NCBI RefSeq assembly: GCF_006345805.1
Contig: NC_043016.1
Coordinates: 15,748,001-15,812,000 of the forward strand
DNA from: Octopus sinensis
Lineage: Eukaryota
DNA length: 64,000 nucleotides
Direction: 5' to 3'
Part shown: piece after piece, positions 25,170 through 38,180 of the stretch
How the letters are laid out: the number at the start of each line of letters is the position of its first letter
Numbering within the stretch: position 1 is the stretch's first letter
Program-made: the position numbers and the translations under genes
The notes under the pieces: generated by a model
What the model saw: the letters and a program-made list of their open reading frames with translations, nothing else
What the model was told of the DNA's origin: nothing
The model's database searches: none

Positions 25170-26227
25170 GTAAGTTCTTTGGGTTTTTGTTTGTTTTTTC
25201 CTCTATGAGTGCATGTAAATTAATTTAAAGAGAGAGAGAAGAAAGCAAATATAGTTGTAATGATGATGAAGGATTTGGTAATTGGAATCTGAGAAAAATA
25301 GTGGACGCATGTACCGGTAATTATAGATATGGTATCTCTAAGCACTTGCCTCTCTCTGTATGAAGCTATTGTTATTCTGGGGCACGTGCAGCCTCTTTCT
25401 TCTTCCTCCTCCATCTTCTGCTCTTTAATCCCCCCCACCTTTTTCTTTATCTATTTCTTTGTTTCCTTGTAATTAAATTGTCATAAATAAAAGTATTTCA
25501 CCACACACACACACACACACACACTCACTCACACACACATACATAATAACCCAGTCCTTTTCTCAGGTATTGTGTATCTATGATTCAATATACATGTGTG
25601 GATCGATGCCTGTGCCGTTTGGCTCCCCATGCAGGTGGCACGTAAAAAGCACCATCCAAACATGGTTACTAGAAATGATATGATTCCCAAAATTGTTAGA
25701 AAGTTTGCAATAGGAATATGTACTGAGGCATGAGGGATATGAATCAGTCATTTTATTAAATGTGAGGAATCATTAATGAAGAATTCCATTTTTTGTGTAG
25801 TATAGCCATGTTGTAAGAAGTTTGCTTCTCAACCACATCGTTTGGGGTTCAGTTCCACAGTGTGGCACCTTGGGCAAGTTTCTTCTACTATGGCTTCTGC
25901 GTGGATTTGGTTGACAGAAACAGAAAGAAGCCCATTGTACCATTGCGTATGTGTGTTTCCCTACCACTGCTTGACAAACATTGTTGGTTTGTGTACATGT
26001 CTCTAATTTAGCAGATCAACAAAAAATACTGATAGAATAAGTACCAGATTTAAAAGAATAAACACACACACACACCTACATAGAGAATGAACCAAAAGTC
26101 ACAAGTATGGAATTGTCAGGCTGTGCCCACAGATAGCAACATGCAATTAAACTCTTTGACTTTTGGCCTACCATTAATATGTACATTGCAAACTGATTCA
26201 CATAAGTTCTCCATATTTCATTTACAG

Positions 26228-26352
26228 GTTCTATAAAGACTCTTTTATTAGATTTTGCAATAGGATCCAGTTCTAAAGCCAGTACTCTTAGAAAGATTAC
26301 CCCCATAGCTGCTGATGATTCTGTTGAATTTTCTTCTAGGCATCAATTACAG
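26228..26352 (+). CDS. CDAN1: Codanin-1 exon 17 (RKITP motif)
   Basis: GSIKTLLLDFAIGSSSKASTLRKITPIAA (human GELRKLL...FMRKITPT); donor CAG|GTAATA. Confidence 0.93.
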
Positions 26353-27660
26353 GTAATATTTCAAAGTAAAATTTATGATGTTTAAAAATTTAATATTTAT
26401 ACAAAGCAGAATAATTCATAGTTGTATGTACATTTGTATGTGTGAACGTGTTTATATGCTTGTGTATTATTGTTCAGCCCCAGGTCTTCTCTGACTAAGC
26501 AGACCTATGATAAAAGGCATTTTGTCCATATTAACCCAGTCTTTTTCTCAGGTACTGCATATCTATGATTCAATAATCCTTTTAATGAGGTTAATGGATT
26601 AATTTAAGGGAGACTTGGCAACTATTCCTAGCAGGCTTCTTCGTTCGTCCTGAAAACACTGCTGTCGGGAAAGAGGCAACAGAATGTTATCCTACCCCTC
26701 TCTCTAACACACACATATACACCTCCTATGTGTGCAGGTTTTTGTTGATGTTATGTGTCTCATTTCTTTCAGTCATTATTTATTCCCATTGCCTTGAATT
26801 TATCATGCATTATCTCAGATCTTTGAGATATTGAATCATATGATTGTGTATTCTTACAACGTGGGGTAGGTGTGAGAGGCCAGATCTGGCTGATTTAAAC
26901 TTAAAAACAGATAGAATAAATGCTAACGGGTTAATATTGAATATTAATTCAACACCAGTCTTCGCAATGCTACTGTCCAGCCTCTCTGATTTAAGGCCAC
27001 TGTAGCATTTTATGAAATGTTTCCTTTCCTGGAGTCTTGAAAGGATTATAATATTAGAGATGAAACTGAAGTCAAGTGTCAAGATTTTAGCTGATCCTTT
27101 TGTTTCCAATCCTAACTTCGAGTGTACCTTTATTTCAAAGTCAAGTGTCGTCGTCATTGCTCAGTTTACCTGGATTTAGCTATAATTAGAGTCACTTTGA
27201 GACAAAAGTTATGCAATAGAATTGATTAAGAACCCTTTCTTTAATTATGTTCCAAATATCACATTAATATGTTGATAAGTAAAAAAGTTACAGTTGTTCA
27301 ATGAAACTAGTCTAAATTCATGATTATTTTAGAATTAATTGAAACTCATGAGGGGTGTATTTTGGTCAGAAATATAGTAACAAAAGGGTTAATACTGGTT
27401 CCCATATGCTATTCATATCTGCACTCAATCTGCTTAGGAGGTTGTTGTGCTGCTTCTTTTAGTTTTCATATTTTTCAGTGCTGTTCTCTGACTATTATTA
27501 ACTTCATCCCACAATAATAACAAAGAAAATTTAATACTTCTTTTTGCTTCAATCATTCATTAGCTGTAAATACGTAGACTTAAATCTTTATTCATTATTT
27601 CATAAGCAATATAAAGTTAAGAATTTGTTAAGATTGACCTTTTACTTTTATCAATTTCAG

Positions 27661-27852
27661 CTTCAACTTGAAGATAACTTCTTTCATAATCACCCAACAT
27701 CTTTAAAGAAAACTGTCGACTTTATAGCCAAAAGAATGGTATCTAACTTCATCAAGTTATTTAGAAGTCGAAAACTGGAGAGTTTACTTCGGCAGAGCAG
27801 GAATACATTTACTGAAACCATGGAGCAGTGCCTTGACCCTGCAAATATTCCA
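27661..27852 (+). CDS. CDAN1: Codanin-1 exon 18
   Basis: LQLEDNFFHNHPTSLKKTVDFIAKRMVSNFIK (human [32 protein letters not shown]); donor CCA|GTGAGA. Confidence 0.93.
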
Positions 27853-28775
27853 GTGAGACATTGTTTAAATTTTCACTCTGTACAGTATGATTCTAAAATT
27901 AACTCATGTCACTTAGACATAATTTGTTTGTAACTAATTGTTCCTTTCCTTTCTTCTACATCGATTTCATATTTTGTTTAGATGAGTTATTACTTCTCTT
28001 AAACATCTCATACAACATGTTCTGAGTTCAAATTCCACTGAGGCCGACTTTGCTTTCATCTTCTCAGAGTTGCTAATATAAGTACCAGTTGACCACTGGG
28101 GTCAATGTAATCGACTTACCCCACTTCCCCTGAACTTGCTGGCCTTGTGCCATAATTTGAAATCATCATTATGTAATTAAGATAGTAAGCCTACAGAATC
28201 ATTAGCAGAATCATTCCATTTTAGGCAAAGTTTCAAAAGAAGAAAATTGAAGATGAATTAATACATTTAGTTCTGTGAACTAAAATTAATAAATTAACTT
28301 CAAAATAAATTATGGCCATTCCTGAAATAATTTGAAATACCATTATGAAGTACCATTGCTGGGTTTATGTTCTAAAGAATAACAGTCTCATGTAATAAGC
28401 TTTGGCTCAATTGAAAATATTAATTCATTGCTTTAGTTCTTACTGTAAGATTTGCATATATAAAAGTAAAGTACTTAGAAATAAGTCTGGTATTTATTCT
28501 ATCAGTCTTTTTGCCGAACTGTTAAGTTACAGGGGAGGAGGGAACAGACACAAAGACACACACACACATAGATATATATGTTTATATATACATATATACT
28601 ATAGACTTCTTTCAGTTTCTGTCTACCAAATCCACTCACAAGGCTTTGGTTGGTCTGAGGCTATAGTAGAAGACACTTGCCCAAGGTGCCATGCAGTGGA
28701 ACTGAACTCAGAACCATGTGATTGGGAAGCAAGCTACTTACCACAGTAAGATTTTTCTTTAATGTACTTATTTGC

Positions 28776-28808
<33 letters not shown>

Positions 28809-29204
28809 AGTTAGCTTTGGTTTGAAATATATGCATAATCCTTGAATTGTTGGAGTATCGTTTGTGTTAAAGTTGGATTTGTTTATGTTCTCTGTTGACC
28901 TGATACCAACATTCATTTTGAATGTTGACTGTAGAAGCTGAAGACAAAATACTTTAAATGTTTTTTGTCTAGGACTTTCATCTTTACAAAATTGTTGCTC
29001 TGCCAAGAAACAGTAAAATAACAGAATTTCATCTTGAAACAAAATTATTAACACTGTTCTTCTGTATAATATTCCATAAACGTTCTTGATCTTATTTTTT
29101 ATTTTATTCTAAATAAAAAAATATATAATTCCGGTTTTTTTTCTTTTATGTTTATTCAGACTCAGTTCTTTTTGTTTTTCATTAAAAATCTGTTTTTGTT
29201 TCAG

Positions 29205-29287
29205 GAATTTAATTATGAAGATGTTGATGATTTAAATAAAGATTTTATGCAAGGTGTTCAAAAGTATTTGAAAGATGAAATGAGAAG
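29205..29287 (+). CDS. CDAN1: Codanin-1 exon 19
   Basis: tttcag acceptor; EFNYEDVDDLNKDFMQGVQKYLKDEMR; phase 0 to 2 as required; donor AG|GTATGT. Confidence 0.82.
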
Positions 29288-29439
29288 GTATGTTTCTTTT
29301 TAATAAGGTATTAATAAAAGAAAAGAAAATATTAAAAATACTGTATCGGAAAATGTCTATTAATCTTAACTTAACCTTAATCTTAATTTAATCTTAATCT
29401 TAACTTAGCTTACCCACTCTGGTCTGACTGCAAACGTAA

Positions 29440-30150
29440 TGAAGACAAGATCCTTGTACAGGGAGCTCCTAGCCAACCTCCCAGTGACATATGGCTATGT
29501 GGCACTCACCTGGGAAGCTTTCCCATACCTTGAGAGCTACCTGTCCAGTGATTGCACTGGACATCTTTCTGAAAAGACATCAAGAATAGGATCAGTGCAG
29601 CTCATACCGCTTTCAGAAAACTCTCAAAATGAGTCTTCCTAAACCATGGTTTCACCATCCAAATGAAAATCATGATATATTCCAACTGTTTCTACAGTTG
29701 TGAGATATGGGTTTTGTATGACTATGATTGTTTCCAACAGCATAAACTTTGATGGAAAGATTATGCTACCAATGAAGAGGCTCTGGCCCACCATTGAAGC
29801 TACCATGGCATGACACCGCCTCTGCTAGTCGGGACACATCATATGTATGCTTCAAACACACTTTCCCTGTCAACTCCTCTTTGTGGAGTTGACCTCAAGC
29901 ACCAGACTACACAGAGACACCAAATTTCATTTCCAAGACCTGCTCAAGACCACACTCCTCTGCTGTTCCATTGACCCATATGCATGGGAGACAATCACCA
30001 AAAACTGCTCAACATGGCAGCATGTCATCATCAGATGGAAAATAACAGACATCAAAGACTCAAAGAACAACCTGCACTTCCTTGTTCCCTGTCAACCCTC
30101 CCCTTCGATACATGACCCCATCACTTCTATACCACCCTTGACCTGAACAA
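29440..30150 (+). mobile_element. Degenerate RTE (BovB-like) LINE fragment
   Basis: EAFPYLESYLSSD, SGHIICM, HFPCQLLFVEL (cf. FTYLGS / WAGHV.RM / PK.LLYGEL); preceded by (TTAATC)n-like tract 29360-29410. Confidence 0.65.
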
Positions 30151-30689
30151 CCACCCCAGCCACTGACACCCTTCACATTCATCAGGATGAAAAAGTTCAA
30201 TCACTTCCTACAGATTAACTGCTCAGACACGAGTTATTGGCAACACTGATGATGGTGAAAACGTTAATAGTTTAAGAACTCGAACTATTCCTGTTCAAAA
30301 GTATCTTCTATATTGGCTTTACATTGTCTTCTTTTCTGTTTGGTTAGCTGTATTGATTAAAGCTATAGGATTAGCAATTATTGATTTGCATTCTTTATTC
30401 TTAAAAGTAAATTAGGAAGCAAAGCTGTTTTGCTGTTTTAAATGGAAAATACAGTGATTAACTTTTAGCATTTGATCTGGTCATATCTAGCCCAAATATT
30501 CTACCTGTTTTTGTGTTGAGACCGGCCAGATCTGGTATCTAACACCTACCATACAATGTTATTCTAGAAACATCCAATCCCATCACTGAAATCTTGAAGC
30601 TACAAGATAATGCATGATTAAATCTAAACAATATGAATAAATAACCATTACATTTGATGTAGAAATCTGAATGTTAAAGAGTTAATGAG

Positions 30690-30922
30690 GAGGGCGGTGA
30701 GCTGGCAGAATTGTTAGCCTGCCGGACGAAATGCTTAGCGGTATTTCGTCTGCTGTTACGTTCTGAGTTCAAATGCTGCCCAGGTCAACTTTACCTTTCA
30801 TCTTTTCAGGGTCAATTAAATAAGGACCAGTTACAGACTGGGGTCAATGTAATCGACTTAATCTCCCTTTGTCTGTCCTTGTTTGTCCCCTCTATGTTTA
30901 GCCCTTTGTAAGCAATAAAGAG
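30690..30922 (+). mobile_element. tRNA-derived SINE with Meta-like central domain
   Basis: ggcggtgagctggcagaa...gagttcaaat...ctttcatcttttcagggtcaattaaataaggaccag; same family as 36391-36613. Confidence 0.8.
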
Positions 30923-32504
30923 ATAACAAGGCATAAGACAGGAAAACACTTTAGTTTACCGAATAAAATGGAATGTGCAGATGACATGTGCAGTTAACAG
31001 ACACAAGAACAAAAACGATGTTCTTCTTGTTTCTTTCTGCAGCTTATATTAGTATATCGTAGTTCAGTTTCATTGCAACATTAGCAATATATGAGGAAAT
31101 CATTTGGGAAAGAAGAAAAAAGTCATTCATCCATGCATATTTGCTGCAGGTTCACTGAACAGCGACTCAACAGTTTATTTGAACTTTATTGATGCAGGCT
31201 GTAAAAACCTGTCTGTTGTAAAGTCAATGTTTTTGAAAAAATTTATTTTAATTAAGACATATTTTTTCATTAGTATTGGCATTGTGTATATGCATGTGCT
31301 TGCGTGCATGTGTGTGTTATCTATTTACAGTATGGATTTCTGTTCAGATTAAAACAAGAAAGTTTGTTATCAATGTCGATTTTATTTACTGATTACTTTA
31401 TATCAATTATCTTGAGCGAATACAAGTCCCGTGGAGTCTTCCTTCCGTACTGAATGGTATAAAAGACATATTGCAAAATGTAATCATTGTATTTACATTT
31501 AAATGCCTTCATTTCTGGATACTTTCTGTCTTTCAATAGAAAAGTTCATGGTGACAATTCATTATAATAATTACAGTATTTCAAAAACAGAAGTATTTCT
31601 GTATTATTTATTGATATAATATAATTCATAATTTTTTAGCAAACAGGAGTTTTGTGGAATTATTGTCGTCAGTCTTGAGTACCTGTGTGCTGAAAGTTTT
31701 AAAAGCTAGAACGTAAATGCTTAAACCCTGTCAAGTGCAATGCTTGTTGATCCACGTTAGTTTCAGTTAATCCTGCATTACCTTGTAGCTTTGAGATTTC
31801 AATGACAGGATTGTTTATTTTTAGAATAACATTATCGGCTAAGTGTAAGAGGCCAGATCTGTTTATTTTGAACATAAAATAGAGTATTTGTACCAGATAT
31901 GGCTGGTTTGAATTTTAAAGGGTTAAACAGATTACTAAAATAATACTCCAAGGTGTGTCCCTCCAAAGCCACAACACACCGATGAAGAGCATTGACTACA
32001 ACACTACCTGTAGGAGATAGAATTACAAGTTGTTTACCAAGCACTGCATTTACATGCAAAGTGACCGATAAGATATCAAAAGATACCTTTCTGTAACATG
32101 TGGCCTACAAACTTTTGGGGTTTTCACATTGTAAATGGATTTTCTCATCCTTTATTGAGAACAACTCTACTAAGTTAGCTGCCATTTCACAACCAAGATG
32201 GTTTTGTATGTAGCACTCATGTAAATAAACTAATACATTTGGTTCCCAATTTGCTTCCAACTCTACACAATCTTAGAAAACATACCAAACACCCTTTCTC
32301 AACCACATGTATACTTTGCTACTGGATGCACCCAAACCTAAAATGTTCTTTCCCCTGTCTTCAAACAGTATATGCATGAGCTAGTTTCTGTTTTCACCAT
32401 ATTATTCAATTGTCTCTACACAGGAAGGTGCAAGTCTTTCATCATCAATATGTTATATTATTCTGAAATATATTTTCTTAATTGCTGCATTGTTATTTTA
32501 ACAG

Positions 32505-32647
32505 TTACGTGGAGAGTAACGGCAGGAAGGTGATCCAGGTGCTTTTGGTGGATTATAATGAAACTGTGAAGCTGTTCTCACTTAAAATTATTGTTCGCCT
32601 GGCTGAAGAAGGCATTCACCAATGGATAGCTGCTAATATTACAAAAG
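32505..32647 (+). CDS. CDAN1: Codanin-1 exon 20
   Basis: IIVRLAEEGIHQWIAANITK (human [20 protein letters not shown]); donor G|GTATTC. Confidence 0.9.
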
Positions 32648-33576
32648 GTATTCTTCATACCTTTACATTTAATTACACTCTTGTTACCTGTTCAAATATA
32701 CTTGAGACATATTCGAACCCATAAGAAAACCATTCGCTGTGTCTTGTCTTGGAGAAAATTCCTCACTGTAGACAGATAGGTGTGGACTGAATCACTTCAC
32801 ACCGCCATATGTACAGAAAGCTGCTGAATAGTGCAACCAGTTGTTGAACAGTGACGGGAATATTGTAAAAGGGACCAGTTGCTTGCCTCAGTTTCCAGCG
32901 CCCATCTTTCCAATCTCTGTGGCCGAAGGGGAGATAACCACTCTGAAATGCAAACGTCCCACAGAGGGTGCTATGAGTTGGCTCAGTCTATTTACACCTA
33001 TTTGTCTACAACAAGAAATTTTCTCCATCACAAAAAACAGCAGTGAATATCTCACGAGTTTGAATATACCTCAAACAAGTTTGTATTTATACTCATCACT
33101 GCTTAGCATTGTCACCCCGTATATTTTATTTACATTTAAATCATCATCATCAATACCCAGTTTTTCTCTAAAATCACTTAGTTTCAATGTTTTCCTAAAT
33201 TGTAACTCTAAAAAGGCAGTGACAAGCGTACACTCTCACCTTATTAATTTGAAAGAATTACAAATGCCGTCTTGTTGTCTGTTTCAACTGCTATACAATG
33301 TTCTTATGAGAAACACATAAGCTTAGCTTAGTCAGCTTTCATTTGGGACTCAGGTAAGAATGGATGACTGTTATAAATAGTGAGGTGTACAACTGACAAG
33401 AATTTTATCATTTTACAATGCAGGGCTTAAAGAGATGGATACTCTGAGAATTATTTCCTAAGTTATGTCACAAAAACAGAACCCCAATGATTTATCATGG
33501 AATTAATTATACGAAGGCTCAATCTAAAATCTATTCGGTTTTTTGTCATATGCTTTTTTTGGTTTTTCCCCCCCAG

Positions 33577-33713
33577 CTTTCTTTATTGGTGAAATGAGAC
33601 AGGAAAGAAATAAACTTTTGAAAAATACTAAAGTACTTGTGGAAAAGTTACCTTTACCTGATACACATGATTCTTTCTGTCGGCAGCCATCGGAAATTCT
33701 TGTAGAATTGAAG
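33577..33713 (+). CDS. CDAN1: Codanin-1 exon 21
   Basis: ccccag acceptor; ...HDSFCRQPSEILVELK (human HHAPLPSHLISEIK); donor AAG|GTTGGT. Confidence 0.88.
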
Positions 33714-34789
33714 GTTGGTGACACATCCATTTATCTTTTCATTGTTTATAACTTGTTAATATTTGTTACTATACTGGTGCATGCATATGAACACAAGAAA
33801 ATGTGTAGTCATTAAGGCATGGTTTTTAGGGTTAACTTTCATTTATGGCTGAATTAAAATTTTTTTTCCACTTTATACCAGTCATTATTTACAACACTTA
33901 CCATTGTCATAATGTTTATTTTCATGCTAACATTTACTTTATGTGCCTACCATGCAACATTATGTTTTATAACAATTCTTTGTTATAGCAATCTGTAAGA
34001 TCCAGTATCCTGAGATCTGACTGTACCACTTATCTCACAAGTTATTCACAACCCAATATTTAACGTTCTATTGTGTAAACTTGTGTGCTTTGAGATCCAT
34101 TGTTCCAAAAAATAATTATTTCATATTCTCTTGAAAGTTTATACATTTTTTTGACATCAACAAAAAAATCTATATGTATTTATCATCATTTAACAGGTGT
34201 TTTCCATGCTGGCATCAGTTGGATGGCTTGACCAGAGCTGACAAGCTGGAGAGCTTTACCAGGCTCCAACCTGATTTAGCTTGGTTTCTATGAGTGGGTG
34301 CCCTTTCTAATGCCAACTACTTTATAGAGTTGACTGCCACATGTGCTATTTATGTGAATTGACACCTATATATAGATAGACAGGCAGGTAGGCATAAGAA
34401 AATGAAATGACAAAGGGAAAACGATGGTTACGGTTATGAACTTCATTAGCTTGCAGCCGTTTTTGCAATAAGATGGAGGGGACTCATAGTTGAATTGCTG
34501 AACAACATCCTATAGCTTCATCAGAGTCTTGAATATGAAGTGTACTTTATTTGGGAATATTAATTATATTTGTGCTACATATAGAGAAGGAAAAGGGATT
34601 GTGTGTGTATATATATATATCATCATCATCATCATCATCATTTAGCCCGCTTTCCATGCTAGCATGGGTTGGACGGTTCAACTGGGGTCTGTAAAGCCAG
34701 AAGGCTGCATATATATATATATCTTTCTTTTGTTATCTTACCGTTTTTACACACACATATATATATATATACACACACACATAAGAAAA

Positions 34790-35505
34790 GTATTCAGCCC
34801 AAAAATAAGCCACTGTACTTGGCTTTTGCCAACATGGAGAAAGCCTTTGACAGGGTACCCCACTCCTTTATCTGGTGGTCAATGTGGAAGTGAGGGATAG
34901 GTGAGTGGTTAGTGAAAGCTGTACATGCCATGTAGAGGGATGCTGCTAGTAAGGTGAAGGTTGACAACGAGTATAACAATGAATTCAGTGTACAGGTTGG
35001 AGTTTATCAAGGATCAGTTCTTAGTCCTCCAGGCCTTAACAGAGGAATTCAAGACTAGCTGTCCCTAAGAGTTCTTCTACACTGATGACCTTATTCTTAT
35101 AGCTGAATCACAAGAGATGAAATTTCAGGTGTGAAAACAAGGCCTGGAATGTAAGGGCTTCAGAGTTGATTTAGTAAGTAGGAAAACAGACAAATCACAA
35201 GTCCATTCAAGGAGATGGCCCTTCTTGATATGTAAAATGGCTGTTGGTAAAAACTCCATATGTTGTACCCAGTGCAAGCTTTGGACATGTATGAGGTGTA
35301 GCAGTATCACAGGAAGGTTAACGAAGAATATAGTCTTCACGTGTGGCAAATGTGCAGGTACAATAAGCATTAACACTACACAGACAATAGGCTCACTCGA
35401 ATGCTTGTGGGGGATCATTAGAAGTAGTGGACAGCTTCTGTTAACAAGGTGACCAAGTTAGCAGTGGAGGAGGAATTTCTGAAAGAGTGGTTGCTAGGAT
35501 AAGTT
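34790..35505 (+). mobile_element. Degenerate RTE-type LINE RT region
   Basis: KPLYLAFANMEKAFDRVPH, VGVYQGSVLSP, FYTDDL (YADD), zinc-finger-like ICCTQCKLW..RC..FTCGKC. Confidence 0.85.
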
Positions 35506-35621
35506 GCTGTATGTTCAGCATATTAAACTGGCTCACACAGCATGATTTTGAATGCAGTGTGAACAATATTGATTATGATGGATTTCTATTTTTAATTATG
35601 CTTTAAAAATTAAAATTACAG

Positions 35622-35720
35622 GACTTCCTCCGTGATATATTGTTAGAAGAATCAAAGCCAAATCTCGAAAAAATAACAACAACCCTACATGAAGCTCAGA
35701 AAATGATATTAAGTCGACAG
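35622..35720 (+). CDS. CDAN1: Codanin-1 exon 22
   Basis: DFLRDILLEESKPNLEKITTTLHEAQKMILSRQ (human ...LGQTLRCRQ); phase 0/0; donor CAG|GTTAGT. Confidence 0.82.
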
Positions 35721-36390
35721 GTTAGTAAAATTCTTATAATTCAAAGCATTTTCATAATTATAACTAAACTTATCCAAAAGAAAAAATCCTCTCCCCATAT
35801 TTTGTGGTGGGCAATTTTTTATTAAGAATAGAGTAAAATATCTGTGAATGTAAAATTTATTATTTTTGTTATTTGCATCCATTTTTTAAATTTTAATTCC
35901 TTACTACATGGGTTTGGGTTCAGTCCCGCTTCATGGCACTTTGGGTGAATGCCTTTTACTTTCAGCCTGGGTCAACCAAAACCTTCTGAGTGGATTTGAT
36001 AGACAGAAACTGAAAGAAGCCACGGGATGTGTGTGTGTGTGTGCATTTGGGTCTTGTCTTGATATTGTTTGATTGTTGTAATTGAATGTCATTAATTTCC
36101 AATAGTCTGCAAAACTATGTTTGGCCATAGGGCGAAATATTGCCTTGCATGGAAATACATGAGGGTAGTGAGAGGAAGGACATTCGATCTTAGAAATTCT
36201 ACCTCAATAAATTCTGGCTGAACTATGCCAGCAGGGAAAAGTGGAGGTTGAAATGATGATGGACAACGATGAGATAGAAAGGAAACGACTTTGGTTAAAA
36301 TGAATTTTATATGTCATCCATGTTTACCCGTCACCTGCCCACTTTAACCATTTCCTGACTATTTTTCCAATGAATAGATTGCATATATTG

Positions 36391-36613
36391 CGAGCTGGTA
36401 GAAACGTTAGCACGCCGGGCGAAATTCGTAGTCGTATTTCGTCTGTCGTTACGTTCCGAGTTCAAATTCCGCCGAGGTCGACTTTGCCTTTCATCCTTTC
36501 GGGGTCGATAAATTAAGTACCAGTTACGCACTGGGGTCGATGTAGTCGACTTAATCCCTTTGTCTGTCCTTGTTTGTCCCCTCTGTGTTTAGCCCCTTGT
36601 GGGCAGTAAAGAA
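36391..36613 (+). mobile_element. Young tRNA-derived SINE (Meta-like domain)
   Basis: gagctggtagaaacgttagc (A box region), gagttcaaattcc (B box), ctttcatcctttcggggtcgataaattaagtaccag; CpG-rich; (TA)n tail. Confidence 0.88.
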
Positions 36614-36719
36614 ATATATATATATATATATATAGGTATAGTGATGCAAACAAGAAAAATAGAACTCAAAATATGAGTATATGTATGTGTGTGTGTATAT
36701 ATATATATCTCTCTCTCTC

Positions 36720-37098
36720 TCTTTTACTTGTTTCAGTCATTTGACTGCGGCCATGCTGGAGCACCACCTTTAATCGAGCAACTCGACCCCGGGACTTATT
36801 CTTTTGTAAGCCCAGTACTTATTCTATCGGTCTCTTATGCCGAACCGCTAAGTAACGGGGACATAAACACACCAGCATCGGTTGTTAAGCAATGCTAGGG
36901 GGACAAACACAGACACACATATATATATACATATATACGACAGGCTTCTTTCAGTTTCCGTCTACCAAATCCACTCACAAGGCTTTGGTCGGCCCGAGGC
37001 TATAGTAGAAGACACTTGCCCAAGGTGCCACGCAGTGGGACTGAACCCGGAACCATGTGGTTGGTAAACAAGCTACTTACCACACAGCCACTCCTGCG

Positions 37099-37100
<2 letters not shown>
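36720..37100 (-). mobile_element. Young full-length CORE-like SINE
   Basis: minus head ggcgcaggagtggctgtgtggtaag...; CpGs intact; (AG) tail. Confidence 0.88.
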
Positions 37101-37187
<87 letters not shown>

Positions 37188-37650
37188 ATATATATGTATG
37201 TATATATATATGTATGTATAATATATGTATGTATATATATGTATGTATGTATATATGTATATATATATGTATATAGCTATGTATGTATATATGTATATAT
37301 ATATGTATATTATATATGTATATATTATATATATATGTATTATATATATATGTATATATATGTAATATATGTATATATATATGTATATATATGTATATAT
37401 ATAAAGGCGGGAGCTGGTAGAAACGTTAGCACGCCGGGCGAAATTCGTAGCCGTATTTCGTCTGTTTTACGTTCCAAGTTCAAATTCCGCCGAGGTCGAC
37501 TTTGCCTTTCATCCTTTCGGGGTCGATAAATTAAGTACCAGTTACGCACTGGGGTCGATGTAGTCGACTTAATCCCTTTGTCTGTCCTTGTTTGTCCCCT
37601 CGGTGTTTTAGCCCTTGTGGGTAGTAAAGAAATATATATGTATATATATT

Positions 37651-37688
<38 letters not shown>

Positions 37689-37897
37689 GTATATATATAT
37701 GTATATATATATGTGTATATATATGTGTTGTATATTATATGTATATATATATATATATATTATGTATATATATATATATGTATATATATATATGTATATA
37801 TATATGTATATATATATGTATATTATATGTGTATATATATATAGTGTGTGTGTATATATATATGTGTGTATATATATATGTGTGTGGTATATATATA

Positions 37898-37947
<50 letters not shown>

Positions 37948-38057
37948 GCACTGGGGTCGATGTAGTCGACTTAATCCTTTGTCTGTCCTTGTTTGTCCCC
38001 TCTGTGTTTAGCCCCTTGTGGTAGTAAAGAAATATATATGTATATATATATATGATG

Positions 38058-38092
<35 letters not shown>

Positions 38093-38143
38093 GTATATAT
38101 ATATGTATATATATATGTGTATATATATGTGTGTATATATATG

Positions 38144-38180
<37 letters not shown>

